From Nemertoderma westbladi (taxonomy: Eukaryota; Animalia; Xenacoelomorpha), in assembly GCA_032718475.1 (NCBI GenBank), contig JAUCBJ010005915.1, forward strand, positions 1 through 61,868: DNA of 61,868 nucleotides, written 5' to 3'. The translations under genes were made by a program, and so were the position numbers. The notes below the pieces were generated by a model. The model ran no database searches. It had not been told where the DNA came from and worked only from the letters and a program-made list of their open reading frames with translations. Positions 49,505 to 61,868 of this stretch are shown here, in pieces (positions within the stretch are counted from its first letter, which is position 1; the number at the start of each line of letters is the position of its first letter).

Positions 49505-51088
49505 TAGTTCAAAGGTTTATCGAATTGTGAGATCCATTGCGTTTCTAGACTCATTCAAATGCATCATCTTTATTGACGAACTCACCGCGAACCTTAATTA
49601 TTGAGGAAGGATCAATTTAATCTTAAATAACATCTTGTCCTGCATTTTGCAAAACATTGAGTTGTGTTACCTTTTTTACTTATGGCAATGCGCGCTTTCA
49701 AATGCACTTTGTGTTTTGAAATTTCTTGAAATTTATCTAAGTGTAGGCTAATGTATGAAATTTCCATTTATTCAAAATTGTTTATCAGAAACGCTGATTT
49801 AATCTCAGCAGTCTTACTTAATTTCGGACTGGATCACATTTAGGTCTATTTTCCAACGTAACTCATATTATATTTACATTAACAAACACTAATTTTAATT
49901 GTTTAAATTGTGCAATTTACTACTAACGTGAAATTATTTGTAAGGTTAAATTGGCATAAGGGATTTTCGAATGTATGCTGTTTCACCACATTGCAGTACT
50001 TTAATAATCTTTTTAAGAATTATCTATTTAGTATCACGATTATCTTTCTTATCATCATTATCCAGTTTATGTATTCATCATTCATTCAAGTAATATGTAC
50101 TTCGCAATATAGTTGATTTCCGGTCATGATAATTAGTTTTTTTATATCTCTATTAATTCATACTTTATGAAACATCAGTTATTGATTGAGCCATTTAGCA
50201 AATGAGTAGCCTAGTGGCCCTAGGAGGACATGGCGTAATCCCCGTTTTTTTTTTATTTAGCAGACATACCTGCTAACTCAATATATTATATTGAGTTAGG
50301 AAACACTAAATATAAAAATCAAGGGATTCCTGGCCCCGTAATGGCCCTGTAATTCTGTTGTATTTTAGTTATTCTATCGCATTTTACACGTTTGCAGTAT
50401 GATGTTCATTTTTCTTAAATCAATTTCAAAACCAGCCTATTTTTATTTGCATTAAATATAATACTAAATGTAACATTTTTTTTATAAATATAGGCCATCA
50501 TCAAAATACCCAGGTTTGTATTTAGTACTTAAAGTTAGTTTACTGTATTTATTTCTAGTATTTCCTGCAGTGCTAAATTGACTTGTTCCACCATACTAGT
50601 CTACACTAATTGTCGTTTTATTTAGCTTCACTTAGAACAAAATGTTATTAATTTTCTTTCCTAACAATTTTGATATGGTGCAGTGTGTCTGTGAGTAGAT
50701 TCTTAACAATTTATACGTTTCATTTTACACTATTTTGCAATGAGTTTTTTTTATCTTTTTTGGTGTGCACATAATCGGATGAAGAGATTTAACTGTATTA
50801 GCATCTCATGCAGTCTTCATTGAATGTCATTAAAGTTTATTCAAATTATTAATGGCATTTATTGAAACACATTATTTGGCATTATTCTCAAAACGGTTAT
50901 ATGAGGCCAAGTTAGATATTTTAATTTTTTAATTTTATATTTGTCAAGCTCGCAATTATTTCTGGTTACCAGAACATACAAATTAGTAACAGATTAGTAA
51001 CAAATTAGTAACCTCCTTGCAAGTAAAAAATTATTTATAAGTTATCAGAGCAGCAACAGTTTCTTACTATAAAATTATTATTAGAAGT

Positions 51089-51803
51089 AGAGACAGGATA
51101 CGACCGACACAATATGATATGAAAATACGATACTATATGAACCAATTTTTTATGATATGATATGTTACGAATGCAATTTTGAGAAAATATGATACAATAC
51201 AAAAAATCCAAGATACGATATGAATTACAAAAAAAAAAATTCGTATCGTATTTTATTTAAGAATTGATAAAAAAAGTTTTATTTTAAATTACACATAGAA
51301 ATTCATTTTGTTGCTTAAGTACCTAATATTTTCTTTCGAAATACAATGACAGAATGAATAAAATAAGTACTTCTTATTTTTAATTCCGTAGATATCGGAG
51401 ATGCCATTATTAATGCAAATTATCAATTTGATGTACTAATGGAATAACATTCAAATCTTCAAGTTTGAAGAAGTCAAACGAATATTTTTCACAAAATGTT
51501 ATTCTTTCAATAGAATGCCTTATTATAACATCACTGCCTTGTAGGCTCAATTAGAGTTCTCCTGACAAGTTTATTTTTAAACCGTTATTAAACTTAATAT
51601 TAAACTTGATTTCTGTTTTGGCTGTTATAAAAACATAAATATTTACAAAATAATACGATACGAAATACGAAAAATAATTATTCGAATTTTATGATACGAA
51701 CGAAGTCAATTTTTATGATACGATATTAAATTCGATACAAAGAAAATACTGCGATACGAAATACGAATATCTGATTTTGTATCGTATCGTATCATGTTAC
51801 TGG
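51089..51803. mobile_element. hAT-like MITE with gatac/gtatc subterminal repeats
   Basis: 8-bp direct repeat ttagaagt at 51081 and 51804. Inverted tacgatac/gtatcgta arrays. Confidence 0.6.
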
Positions 51804-52183
51804 TTAGAAGTATTTAAGAGAAAGTATTCTGACGCCAAAAGCTGAAGCTGAAAGAAATCATTCTGTGATTTTTCTAGACAAAAAATTTGAAATATCCAGC
51901 TTTGGCCTCATTAGTTTAAATATAGCAATTCTACTATATTTCATTTTTTTACTTGTTACTATATTTCATATTGCTAAATCTCGATTAATTTTGGTATATT
52001 TTGATTCATTTTAGTAATTAATTTCAATTATTACCTTATGGAATAGAAGGGTTAAAGGCAGTTTAATTAAGTGCTGTTATATGTCTTTGTTATTGTCCTT
52101 ATTTAACTCTGTCTCTGTGTACTAATGTCAGTCAGTCTCAGGTAATGAATGATCTGGATCCTAGTATCAACACCAGTCTAGTT

Positions 52184-52950
52184 CACACTATGCCTGATAT
52201 AGGATTTAGTTCAAAAAAATTGCACTGCTCTATTTGTCCACTGTTCTCAAAAAGGTGAAAGAAAAACTATTTTGTTGAGATTTGTCGAAAAGGTCTGTAT
52301 TTTAATGTCTATCTTTTGGTCTCATCAGCACTAAAGAAAAAGACACATCCAATTTTTTATCTGATTAAACTTCCTATTATCAGACTAAACATAAAATGTA
52401 AAATATAAAAGATTTTATAGAAATCTTCTAGTTGTCTGTCTGTCTGTCTATTTTTGTCTGTCGCTATATCTGTCATTTGTTATGAGTAATACAAAAAAGC
52501 CACATCGTAAATTTTATCTGATTTCATCTAATATTATTGGACCAATAACAGAAATGGAAACTATAGAGTATTTTATAGACATTTTCCTGATGTCTGTCTG
52601 TCTATCTATATTTAGTAAGTGGATATGTCTGTTATTTTTTATGATTACTACAAAAAAGTCACATATAAATTTTAACTGATTTCATCTAATATTGTTGGAT
52701 CCATCACAGAAATGAAAACTGTATATTATTTCATGGACATCTTCCAGTCGTCTGTCTGTCTATCTATTTTTTGTCCATCGCTATGTCTGTCATTTGTCAA
52801 GGTATCTACAAAATATTTTAATTAAATTATTAAAATTTTATTAAACTATTTTTTCTTTAATATTTTTGAGATCAGTGTACAAATAGAAGGTGTAATCCAC
52901 TTTCATTTTGGGCGATGTTTTGAACTAAATCCTATTTCAGGCACACTGTG
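52184..52950. mobile_element. CAC…GTG MITE with 4-bp TSD AGTT (Chapaev-like)
   Basis: TIR cacactatgcctgatataggatttagttcaaa / tttgaactaaatcctatttcaggcacactgtg. agtt on both sides. Confidence 0.75.
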
Positions 52951-53333
52951 AGTTGGTAGTGGTATTAGCTAAGACTACAGGTTTAGGGTTAGGGGGCCAA
53001 CCGAGTCTGACTTATTATGTCAGACTGGGAACTGTATCCATCAAATTCATACATTAACTGTATTTTTCCATATTAATTTAGACATTTTTGTGATGTTTTT
53101 GTACACCCCTTTAAAGGTTCGTTGTAATAATTCCCATGATAACCAGAACCATTATCTTCTAGTATATTTTACCATCCCTTACCTTTTAGTGTGAATAAAT
53201 TTAATTTAATCTCAAATAAGTAACTTATGGAATAAACTTAATTTAAACTATACTTTAAAATGATTTAAACTGATCGAGTTACATAATCACCACCACAGGT
53301 ATATTAAAGTCTACATTATCTAAGAAGCAATTA

Positions 53334-54924
53334 GGGGTCACATAGGAGTAATGTCCACGTAAGTGTTTTTCAAGAAAAATTATTGCCCCATTTATTTTAA
53401 AAGTACTGAATAGAAATGGTTGAAACTTTTACCACATCTTTTCCACCCAAAGACATACACTAAAGGAATTAAAATATTGGTTATGTGTATGTCTGTTTGC
53501 CAAATATAATAAAATAAAGTTCAACAGAAAAGTATAATTTTTTAAACGTCTATAACTATGATTGTTATCCATAAAATCTATTTCTTTTAGTTCAGTAATT
53601 GCAAAATACCATATGTGACCCAACACATAGAAAGGGGTCAATTGACAAAAAAATGGTTTTTAACTTTTTTGTTGGTTTTATATAGATAATTTAATGGAGA
53701 ATTTCCCATTGAAAACCATTTGTTAATATCTCTTTTCGTTTTTGAGTTATTGTAGATTTAGTAAGACAAGGTTCTGAGATAATTTCATAGCGACATTCTG
53801 AGAAAATTTGATTTAAAATTTTCAAACCTTCCCGCCATTTTCAGAAACCGCTGTGACTTTTTAAACATCATTTGAACATTTCTGAATGGAATGGATATTC
53901 AATAACATCAACATAAGTATAGCATTGGAAATTTCCATGGACAGTTATTTAATATATTTTGTCAGTTTTAAGGTTTGACAGATTCTTTACATGTATGTTT
54001 GTCTGTCTGTATGCATACCCTTATCTTATTTTGTCTATGAAATAATAAAGAAATTGCAATACCTAGTCAAAATATTTGCTACCGGGGGATTTCTTGGTCG
54101 GAAATCAAATGCTGATGACCCATACTTGACCTCCCCTAAAATAACGTCGATCCGCGAACCACCGCGAGGCTAGTGTTAGCTTTCTGCCAAGTTTTCATCC
54201 CGAACTGGCCCTCCCTAAAAATAAATATGATAGAAACTATGAAAAAATAGTATTGTATTCCACTGTATTTGCTTATGTTTAAATTTGTTTGCATTTAAAA
54301 GAAAATTTATTTGGATGTTTTTTTTTCGAAAATTTACATTGCTTCTAAATTTTGTCAACAATTAGCTGAAATGGAAATCCTGCCAAAAAATTGAAATCCG
54401 GCCGGAGCCGGAAACAGATTTTTTTTTCAAAATCCGGCCGGAATTTCGGCTCGCTGGATATCCAGCACACCCCTAATATATATATATATATATCCCTGAA
54501 AATTTCATTAGAATACATTTTCTGGTTTTCTCAAAAAAAGTGTAATTTGTATAAAGAATATCATTAATTGTAAGCGATAAAAACACATTTAAAGTTCTCA
54601 ATCACCAAAATATAACTTTGATAATATGAAATAATTCAATAGTTTGGCAGTTTCAGTTTAATATATATTGAAAGATTAAATATACAGATCGTGAATGATA
54701 GTAAATCATAACCAATACAAATTAAAAATGAGTAGTAAGGGATTGCCTACATTTAGTACGGTACGTTATTATTGTACATGGAAAGCGTATAGTGCATTTC
54801 AAAGTACCATAACTTTCAAACTATAAGAGGTATAAAGAAACGGATTTCAGTTTTGAATTCAGCAAACAATTCTGCATCGGAAGAAATAATAAAAACATCT
54901 GAAAATTTTGTCCTATGTGGCCCC
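53334..54924. mobile_element. Degenerate DNA transposon (Kolobok-like)
   Basis: TIR ggggtcacatagga / tcctatgtggcccc. ttaa on the right flank, atta on the left. Confidence 0.45.
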
Positions 54925-56489
54925 TTAAGTTAAATACTTAAATATATAATTACTATAGTAACCTTAAGTTAAATACTTAAATATATAATTACTGTAGTTT
55001 AGAGTTAACTGGGTTCATAGTTAACGCTAATTGATACTCAGTACTTTAGAGTGAAATTCTGGGTAAAATAATCTAGGTAATTAAATATCCAACAAAAGTC
55101 ACTTTCAACTGTCGGATTTGACAACCATAGAAATGTATCTTCTTGTATTTTGAAATAAGTATATAAAACTATTATTTTCAATTTTATTTCTTCAAAAATC
55201 CCCTATCCAAAGCGGTTGTATTTGTTGTTTGATGGCAATATTAACATTGCAGTATTTTAGTATCTCTTTTAGGTTTGTTTTTCCGCTAGACAGTTCACTT
55301 GTTATTATTATTAAATTCCACTAACAGTTTAGTAATATGATAATTTTGCATCGCTGTCACCGTTTTGAATGAATTATTTCCTCATTCGTGTAATTGCTGC
55401 ACTAAATGCGCACATTCAATAATTATTGTGAAACATTTTACATTTTCATCATAATTCTGTTATAGTTGTTAATATAACCGTTAGTTCACATAAAATATGC
55501 AATTAATTTATTATTAATGTTTCATGTCGATGTTTTAGGTCTATGTGCTTAATATTATAATATAGCGAAGTAATTAATACCTATTTATAATCATTTACTT
55601 TCATGTTTTGTTCACTTAGATGAACATCAATGGTTTGGGGAGGGGGGTGGGCACACGCGTATACGGTCTGTAGTAGGTTCACGGCCTGACAAAGTTGTGA
55701 ATAAACCTGGGCACGAACTTTTATGTGAATTTTGTGCAAAAATATTGCGTTTTTTCGGGAATTTTTTGGGTGTAAAAGGGCATTTGTATAAAATCATGAA
55801 AAGGAAATTTACTTAACCCTATTTGGCCCGGTGGGTGGGGGCTCATTTTAGAAATTTTTTTGTAGTTCATCTGTATCTTTGAGTCAGGTATTTCGTGACT
55901 TTTCCTAAAATTTATTGGGCTATCCAATAGAACAAACGCCATTTACATTGCTATGTTAGTTTTCGTGCTGTTGTCCCTTTCTGGCACCCATCTCCAGTAG
56001 TTTTCGTGCTAAAATTTTCAAAAGTTTTTTATGGCTCACTAAAATTTATTTATTTGCGGTATATAATAGTTTTTTTTTATGCTGATCACGATTATAACTC
56101 AAAAATACCATTCGAGAAAATTTTTTGGTAATTTTGAATCTGCCCAGTAATTTTGAATCTGCCCTCTGGGGCACGGAAAAATCATGAGTGCAAATATAAT
56201 AATTAAAATCACCACAAAATCAAATTGATTTTATGACCATATACGTTTTTTGGGATGCTGATCAAAAATATCGTATTATCCAACCATGGTCCCATTGACC
56301 CGGCGTTAGTGCGTAAATTATGTTTACGCAATTGTAACTAGCTACTTCTATTATGTACGTTGGTACGTTCGTACCATATGTTAGTACATGTGTTGTGTAC
56401 TACGTATGTATTGTACATTTGTACCCATTGGACATATGTAATTATAACTAGCTATTTTTTTTATATTTTATTTTAGCGGGAAGGGTGTA

Positions 56490-59289
56490 TTGCCCTCATT
56501 CCCACCCCCCTCAGTCCAATTTATTGGACAACTCATCAACCTAAGGGCGACCCTTCCAGCAGGCAACTCTCCCACTCCCCCCCCCCCCCCCCCCCCCCCT
56601 GTAGGTCCTCTTATTCTTCACCCCACACTCCTTGTCAATTCCAACTCTCTTGGATCTGACCTTCCCTTCTCCTCCACCCTAATATCGGGTCTTTCCGTCA
56701 CCCCACAGAACTCCTCACCATATCCCCTGGTGGCAAAATGCCACCCTTCATATTGTCGTCACTGGTACATGCCACCACTGCTGGCCTCCCCCTCAATATG
56801 TGCGCCGGCGTTAAAGCCCCCGATGACCCTTGGTCATCCTTTGGTACTCATATGGCTTACCATTTAATGCCCCCTCATACTCTGCCAGCCCCGTGTACAA
56901 CACGTCTCTTCTAACTTTCCTGTCTCCTTTGTCACCCATCATCATCGGCTCCTCTCCCTTTGGGTTAACCTTCTTACATCCTCTCCCTTTCCACCTTGTC
57001 TTCTTATTCGACCTCCTTAATACCGGTATACTCTTTATACTCTCTAAGATCGGCGTCTCTTCCGGACATCGCTCCGGATACTTCGTTGTCCACTCTTCCC
57101 CATTCCCATACCGATAATCGCCAGGAACATCTTTGTTCCATCCCATCGCCTCTAGGTCCTGGGCATCGAACCCATTCTCCTCCGCCCACTCCCTTGCTGT
57201 TACTTCTCGTCCTGTTCCCTCTACCGGCGGTATTTCTCTGGACTCATCCTCCACCCTTTCCACTATGCGTGGTTCCAGATCCATACCCGCCCACGACTCC
57301 TGATATCCTTCCCTGGGCCGTTTCTCATATGGGACCTCCCCATCGCCCGTCCTTGACTTCTGCTCGGGCCGCTTCCCATATGGGGCCTCCCCATCACCCG
57401 TCTTTGGCTTCTGCTTGGGCTGCTTCCCATATGGACCTCCCCATCGCCCGTCTTTGGCTTCTGCTTTATGTCCTCAATGGTACTGGACAGCATGCATCCT
57501 GAGGATTCGGACACGCTAAACGGGATCCTCGTCTTTATTGGGCCACTGAGCGTCCATCCGAATGGCGTGAGAATGGCCACCGGGTCTCGCTCTTTATCGT
57601 CGCCGAATATGGTTTGCAGCCTCTCATGGGCCATCGGACAGTCCATGCCGACGATGAGAGACACTTTCGGGACATCTAGTTCGGGTACGGAGAAGTCGAT
57701 GCCGTCCTGGTACCGCGGTATTGCTCGATCTCGATCTTTGTAGGACGCCTGGCGTTGATGTTGATCGACTCTATTATTTGGATGGGTTCGATGGTAGCCC
57801 CATAGTCGCACCCTGGTGTTATTGCTCCAATTTCACACCATCCCGTCCTCATCTTCATGACCTCGTTTTTGCTTCAATATCGTGGTCACCACCATCTTAC
57901 TTGGCCTGGTCTCCAACCCTATCTTCTCGGCCACGCAACTCTCCGTTAGCGTGAACGCTGCTCCAATATCAACCAACATTAGTGTTGTAACCGATAGGCC
58001 GTTTTCTTCAATTATTCTCACTGGTACTACTCCGAGTAGTACCGTTCCCTTCCTCCTTGCTCCCATGGTGATCGTCGCCATCATCTGGCTTCCAGTTCCA
58101 TTGGTCTCGAGTGTACTTTGGTGGGTTCTCTCGACACCTATCCATCTTATGTCCTCCCACCGCGCATCTGTGGCATAACCCAAATCGACATATCTTCCAA
58201 CCACGGCTCCTAACCCTTCTTTTCTCGAGTGGAGAAAGCGATCTTCCTCCATTTATTCCTCGACCATATTGGTAGTGCCTGCGCTATGCTTGTGATGTTA
58301 CTTGAAGCATTAAGTTCATATGGTGCTTCTAGCGTCTTTAAAACTATCAGTGCCTTTTCTACTTTGTTGGCAAAGGCTTTGATACTAACAGGGTTATCCG
58401 CGAGTCCACCTGATGTTATTCCCCTTAAGGTTTATCAGATAATCTTCGCCGGATGGCCCAGTTCCCTATCCAAGGCTCTCCATACTGTTGTAAATCCTCC
58501 TTCAATTCCCTGATATTGCCATAGATACATACAATGTCATAGGCTGGCCCCCTGTATAAACTTGTAGATACTTAAGGCACTCCGCCTGTGTAAGATTTCT
58601 CGTTAAAATCTCATTGCTGTACATTCTCCGGAACTGTAGATATTCTTCCGGCTTGCTACCATCAAACTTGAAAGGCTCCACAGGTGGCAGCACTATTCTA
58701 GTTTTTAGTGCGTCGATGAGTGTTGCCATTCCCATCGCTTGAATTTCCAGCGCGCCCGATGGTACGGATGCAGGCTCCTTTGGTGTTGACTGTGCTTCGC
58801 CTCTCGGGTTCGTCGAGTTTCCCTGTGTGGGATATATCATTGGGGGCAATGGTCCCCTCCATATCTCGGTGTCAAACAACTTGTTTTCATCTGAGGGGGT
58901 TGCGACCTTTATTTTATTTTGTTGCATGTATTGCGGATTCAGTAATGGGGGAATGTCATCCTGCCCCCCCCCCCCCCCCCCCACCGGTGTTATATTCTGC
59001 GCTGGGGTAGATGTCATTATATTGGATAAACCCCCATATATTGGATATTTGGCGACCTCTGGGTTTAATCCCGGCATTCGCGCTACCCTATCACCTACAC
59101 TATCTCTCCCAGCATGGCCTACTATGTTCAGTAAGACCTACAGTATGTCCTGCAGTCTGATTGTGTTCCTCGCGATCGAAGTTTAATCTTCTCGAATATT
59201 CCGAGAACTCCTCCCCGTTATTACCATCGTCGATCGGCAGCTACGTTCCGACGGGAAGTTTCCCTTCGACCTCTTCTTCTCTCATCCTC
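56490..59289 (-). mobile_element. BEL/Pao LTR retrotransposon relic (gag-protease, frameshifted)
   Basis: Gag-like PFKFDGSKPEEYLQF…ECLKYLQVYTGG. CX2CX4HX4C knuckle CHRCAVGGHKMDRC at about 58134-58176. Protease-like VVPVRI…MLVDIGAAFTL and LIVGMD…PVAILTPFGWTLSGP. No RT or integrase visible. The lower boundary is uncertain. Confidence 0.8.
57312..57465. repeat. 3 x 51-bp tandem repeat
   Basis: gggccg…catatggg.cctccccatc.cccgtc.ttg.cttctgct at 57315, 57366 and 57417. Confidence 0.85.
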
Positions 59290-59836
59290 AAAGGCATGGG
59301 CAGCCTTGAATAGGCTTTCCAGGATTTGGAAGTCACCGAGAATTAATCGGAAACTTAAGGTCCGATTATTTAGAGCAGCAGTAGTTCCAGTACTCCTCTA
59401 TGGGAGTCCATGCTGGGCTCTAACTGCTGAGGAAACCAAATCTCTGGATTCATCTGGATCTCCGGGTTCATTTTGTCAAGTACAATGCACACCTCTCCAA
59501 CCAGACACTATATAACATTGGAAGTGTCTCATTGGTTCCCCCAAGCTTGACACTAGAACAAAATCGCCTCCGCTTTGCAGGACATTGCTTTCGCCGTGAG
59601 GACCAGCCAGTGCATAATCTTGTACTTTGGCAGCCTCATGGAGTGAATAAGAATGATGGACAGCCCATGACTTTCTTGAGACGCATCTTAAAGGACACTG
59701 GCCTTGAAGATGCGGATGATCTAGCAAATGTCATGGGTGATAGGGAGTTGTGGCGGTGCAATTTTGTCGATAAGCCGGCACAGCATTCTTAAAAATGCAG
59801 CTGCAATGCAGCATGCCTATCCTAGTAGTAGTAGTA
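59290..59836 (+). mobile_element. RTE-clade LINE 3' fragment with (TAG)n tail, same family as 32375-33535
   Basis: LKVRLFRAAVVPVLLYGSPCW and RLRFAGHCFR motifs. Shares VHNLVLWQ…GQPMTFLRRILK. Tail cctagtagtagtagta. Confidence 0.9.
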
Positions 59837-61868
59837 TTGCATATAAATGATTTAAAATTAAATTTAGATTATAAGTTAAATTATATTATTAGGCCTTTAC
59901 TTTATATTTATGAATTTGTGAAGTTTCCGCAATGAAATTTCAGAAGGCCCCTGCATCCAATTCTTCTGAACACTTTTCGCTAGAATTTTACTGGGGCCAT
60001 TTTAGCACTAAAATGCCCAAAATAGGGCTTTTTGGGGCCTTTTTATTACAAAAAGGAACCTAGAAGCATTTTTAGCAAAATTTGTTGAGAAGTTTTATTT
60101 GCAATTGTCTTCTGAACAAATTTCAACTCATTTCAGTAAATTGTGATTCAAGTTGGAGGAACCAATGAACTCTAAAGGGCACCACTATTGCTTGTTTCAA
60201 TCAATTAGCCTCTCTCAGTTACCACCCTAGTGGCTTTCCAGGCTACCTGCCGAGAGCCGAAGCTAAACTTCACTCATAAATTCATCCTAGCCGCCAACGA
60301 TTCTGTGCCTAATATACAGTATAAATAGAGTTAAGCTTTTAATCATGTTGGTTCATATAGTTTTAAAATGAGATTATTAAATTATCACATTTTTCCGGTA
60401 TGTGTGCCTATTATATATTATTCATGATTATATCCTTGGTTGTTAACACACAGAGTATGCAAGCAACGCCAACATTAATAAATTTTATTTTAAAATTGAA
60501 ATATTATGTAACCCGGTAGGTATAAGAGGACGTACTTTTCATAATGTAGAACTTTATGAGTGGAGAACTTTATGACTTTAAACGACGGGTGAGAATTTTT
60601 TTACCGCAGGCTGTATTCTACTAGCGTCCATAGGACACAGCATATGAATGAGTTAGGCCCCTTACCGGTACACCTAGTGCAGGTCGCATACCACTTACTT
60701 TCACTTTACTGACTCTCAGTATATTATATATGTATAATATATTAAATTTTCGAATTAAATACATTCTTAAAGTCGTACTCTAGAACTTTAGGGCCTACTG
60801 TGCTAGATTATATTAAAATCTAATCTGTTTATAATCTTATAACAATTAATTATGAGCGATATTGGGTATGTGTAGCGAGATAGTCCTTGTATTGAGCAGA
60901 CGGCACTGCCTCGGTAATGATTGCGCAGCAACCAGTGCAGGTAAATTGTTTAAATCTATTCTCTAAGATATGAGAAATAAATTAATTATTGATTCCCCCA
61001 AAGGTACACAATATAATATTACTGTTAGAAATAACTATTTTCATTTCCGCTATCTGCTGTGCGGGCTTAACGATTTGATTAAAGAATTTAATAAAATTTA
61101 CAACGGATATATGTATACAGTTAAGTATTAGTACATAATGTAGGCCCCCTATAGTGCATAATGTAGTCCCCCTATAGTGTATAATGTATAATGTAACACT
61201 AATGTATAGCGTATAATTGGTTATTAACAAGTTTGTGTATACACTTGGTTATTAAAATGTTGTTAGGCTTCTTCACTAACGCATAATTTTTAATTATTTA
61301 AAATTCTCTGTAGAATACACACACACATATAGTCTTACATTATTATAATGCATTGTCGCATTATGGGTGATCAGCAGGCTACAGTTGCATGTAACTCTAA
61401 CCAAAATAATAAACTTAAGTCATAACACAGGTTATAGTTTAATAATCAGATACTCAATAACTTAATTAAGTTGTAATTATTTATCGGCAAACATTTTTCT
61501 GTACATACAAACGGCGCACATAATGTTGACAAAAGTACTGTGTTCAAAATATATTTGCGATAGACTATAATTAATAGGCCAGCAATAAATATTCGATACT
61601 TTTTATGCTACTTACAGTACTAAGGCGCAGTAAGTCACACAAATTTTCAGCTTTCAACTTTCAAATAACTATAGCCTGTTTCGCTCCAAACTTTCACCTT
61701 TCAATTGTCAACTCATAAAAAATCGTTAAAAAAACGTTGGCTATATAATTCAGCTGAAAGCTATTCGGAATATTGAATTTCTAATTTTACTTATTATTGG
61801 TTGTCCATGAAGTTAAAAGTAGACTGTTTATGTGTGAACGTCTCCATGTCCTATGTGTCCTATCTTTT

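Noticed and set aside
55813-55845. piggyBac-like end TTAA-CCC
   Set aside because: No matching opposite terminus or transposase found in the window.

Overview
This is eukaryotic DNA, AT-rich and most likely from an invertebrate animal; the species cannot be determined from the window. A spliced plasma-membrane Ca2+-ATPase gene (PMCA/ATP2B, P2B-type) runs on the + strand. I reconstructed 14 GT-AG exons by hand between 742 and 49442, with consistent phases, giving about 988 codons from the A-domain to a C-terminal -ETMI stop. The N-terminal exons lie upstream of the window. Introns and the 3' flank are packed with MITE-like DNA transposons, Helentron/HINE-like repeats, SINE fragments, RTE LINE pieces, a BEL/Pao gag-protease relic and four minisatellites. 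The most notable items are: (1) an intact, intronless 395-aa orphan ORF nested antisense in the large site-A intron; (2) a permuted RTE insertion whose 5'-UTR carries two covarying copies of a pseudoknot-capable RNA motif I cannot assign; (3) a 916-bp near-perfect foldback element with a 6-bp TSD; (4) an exact 18-mer that is both dispersed and amplified in a tandem array.
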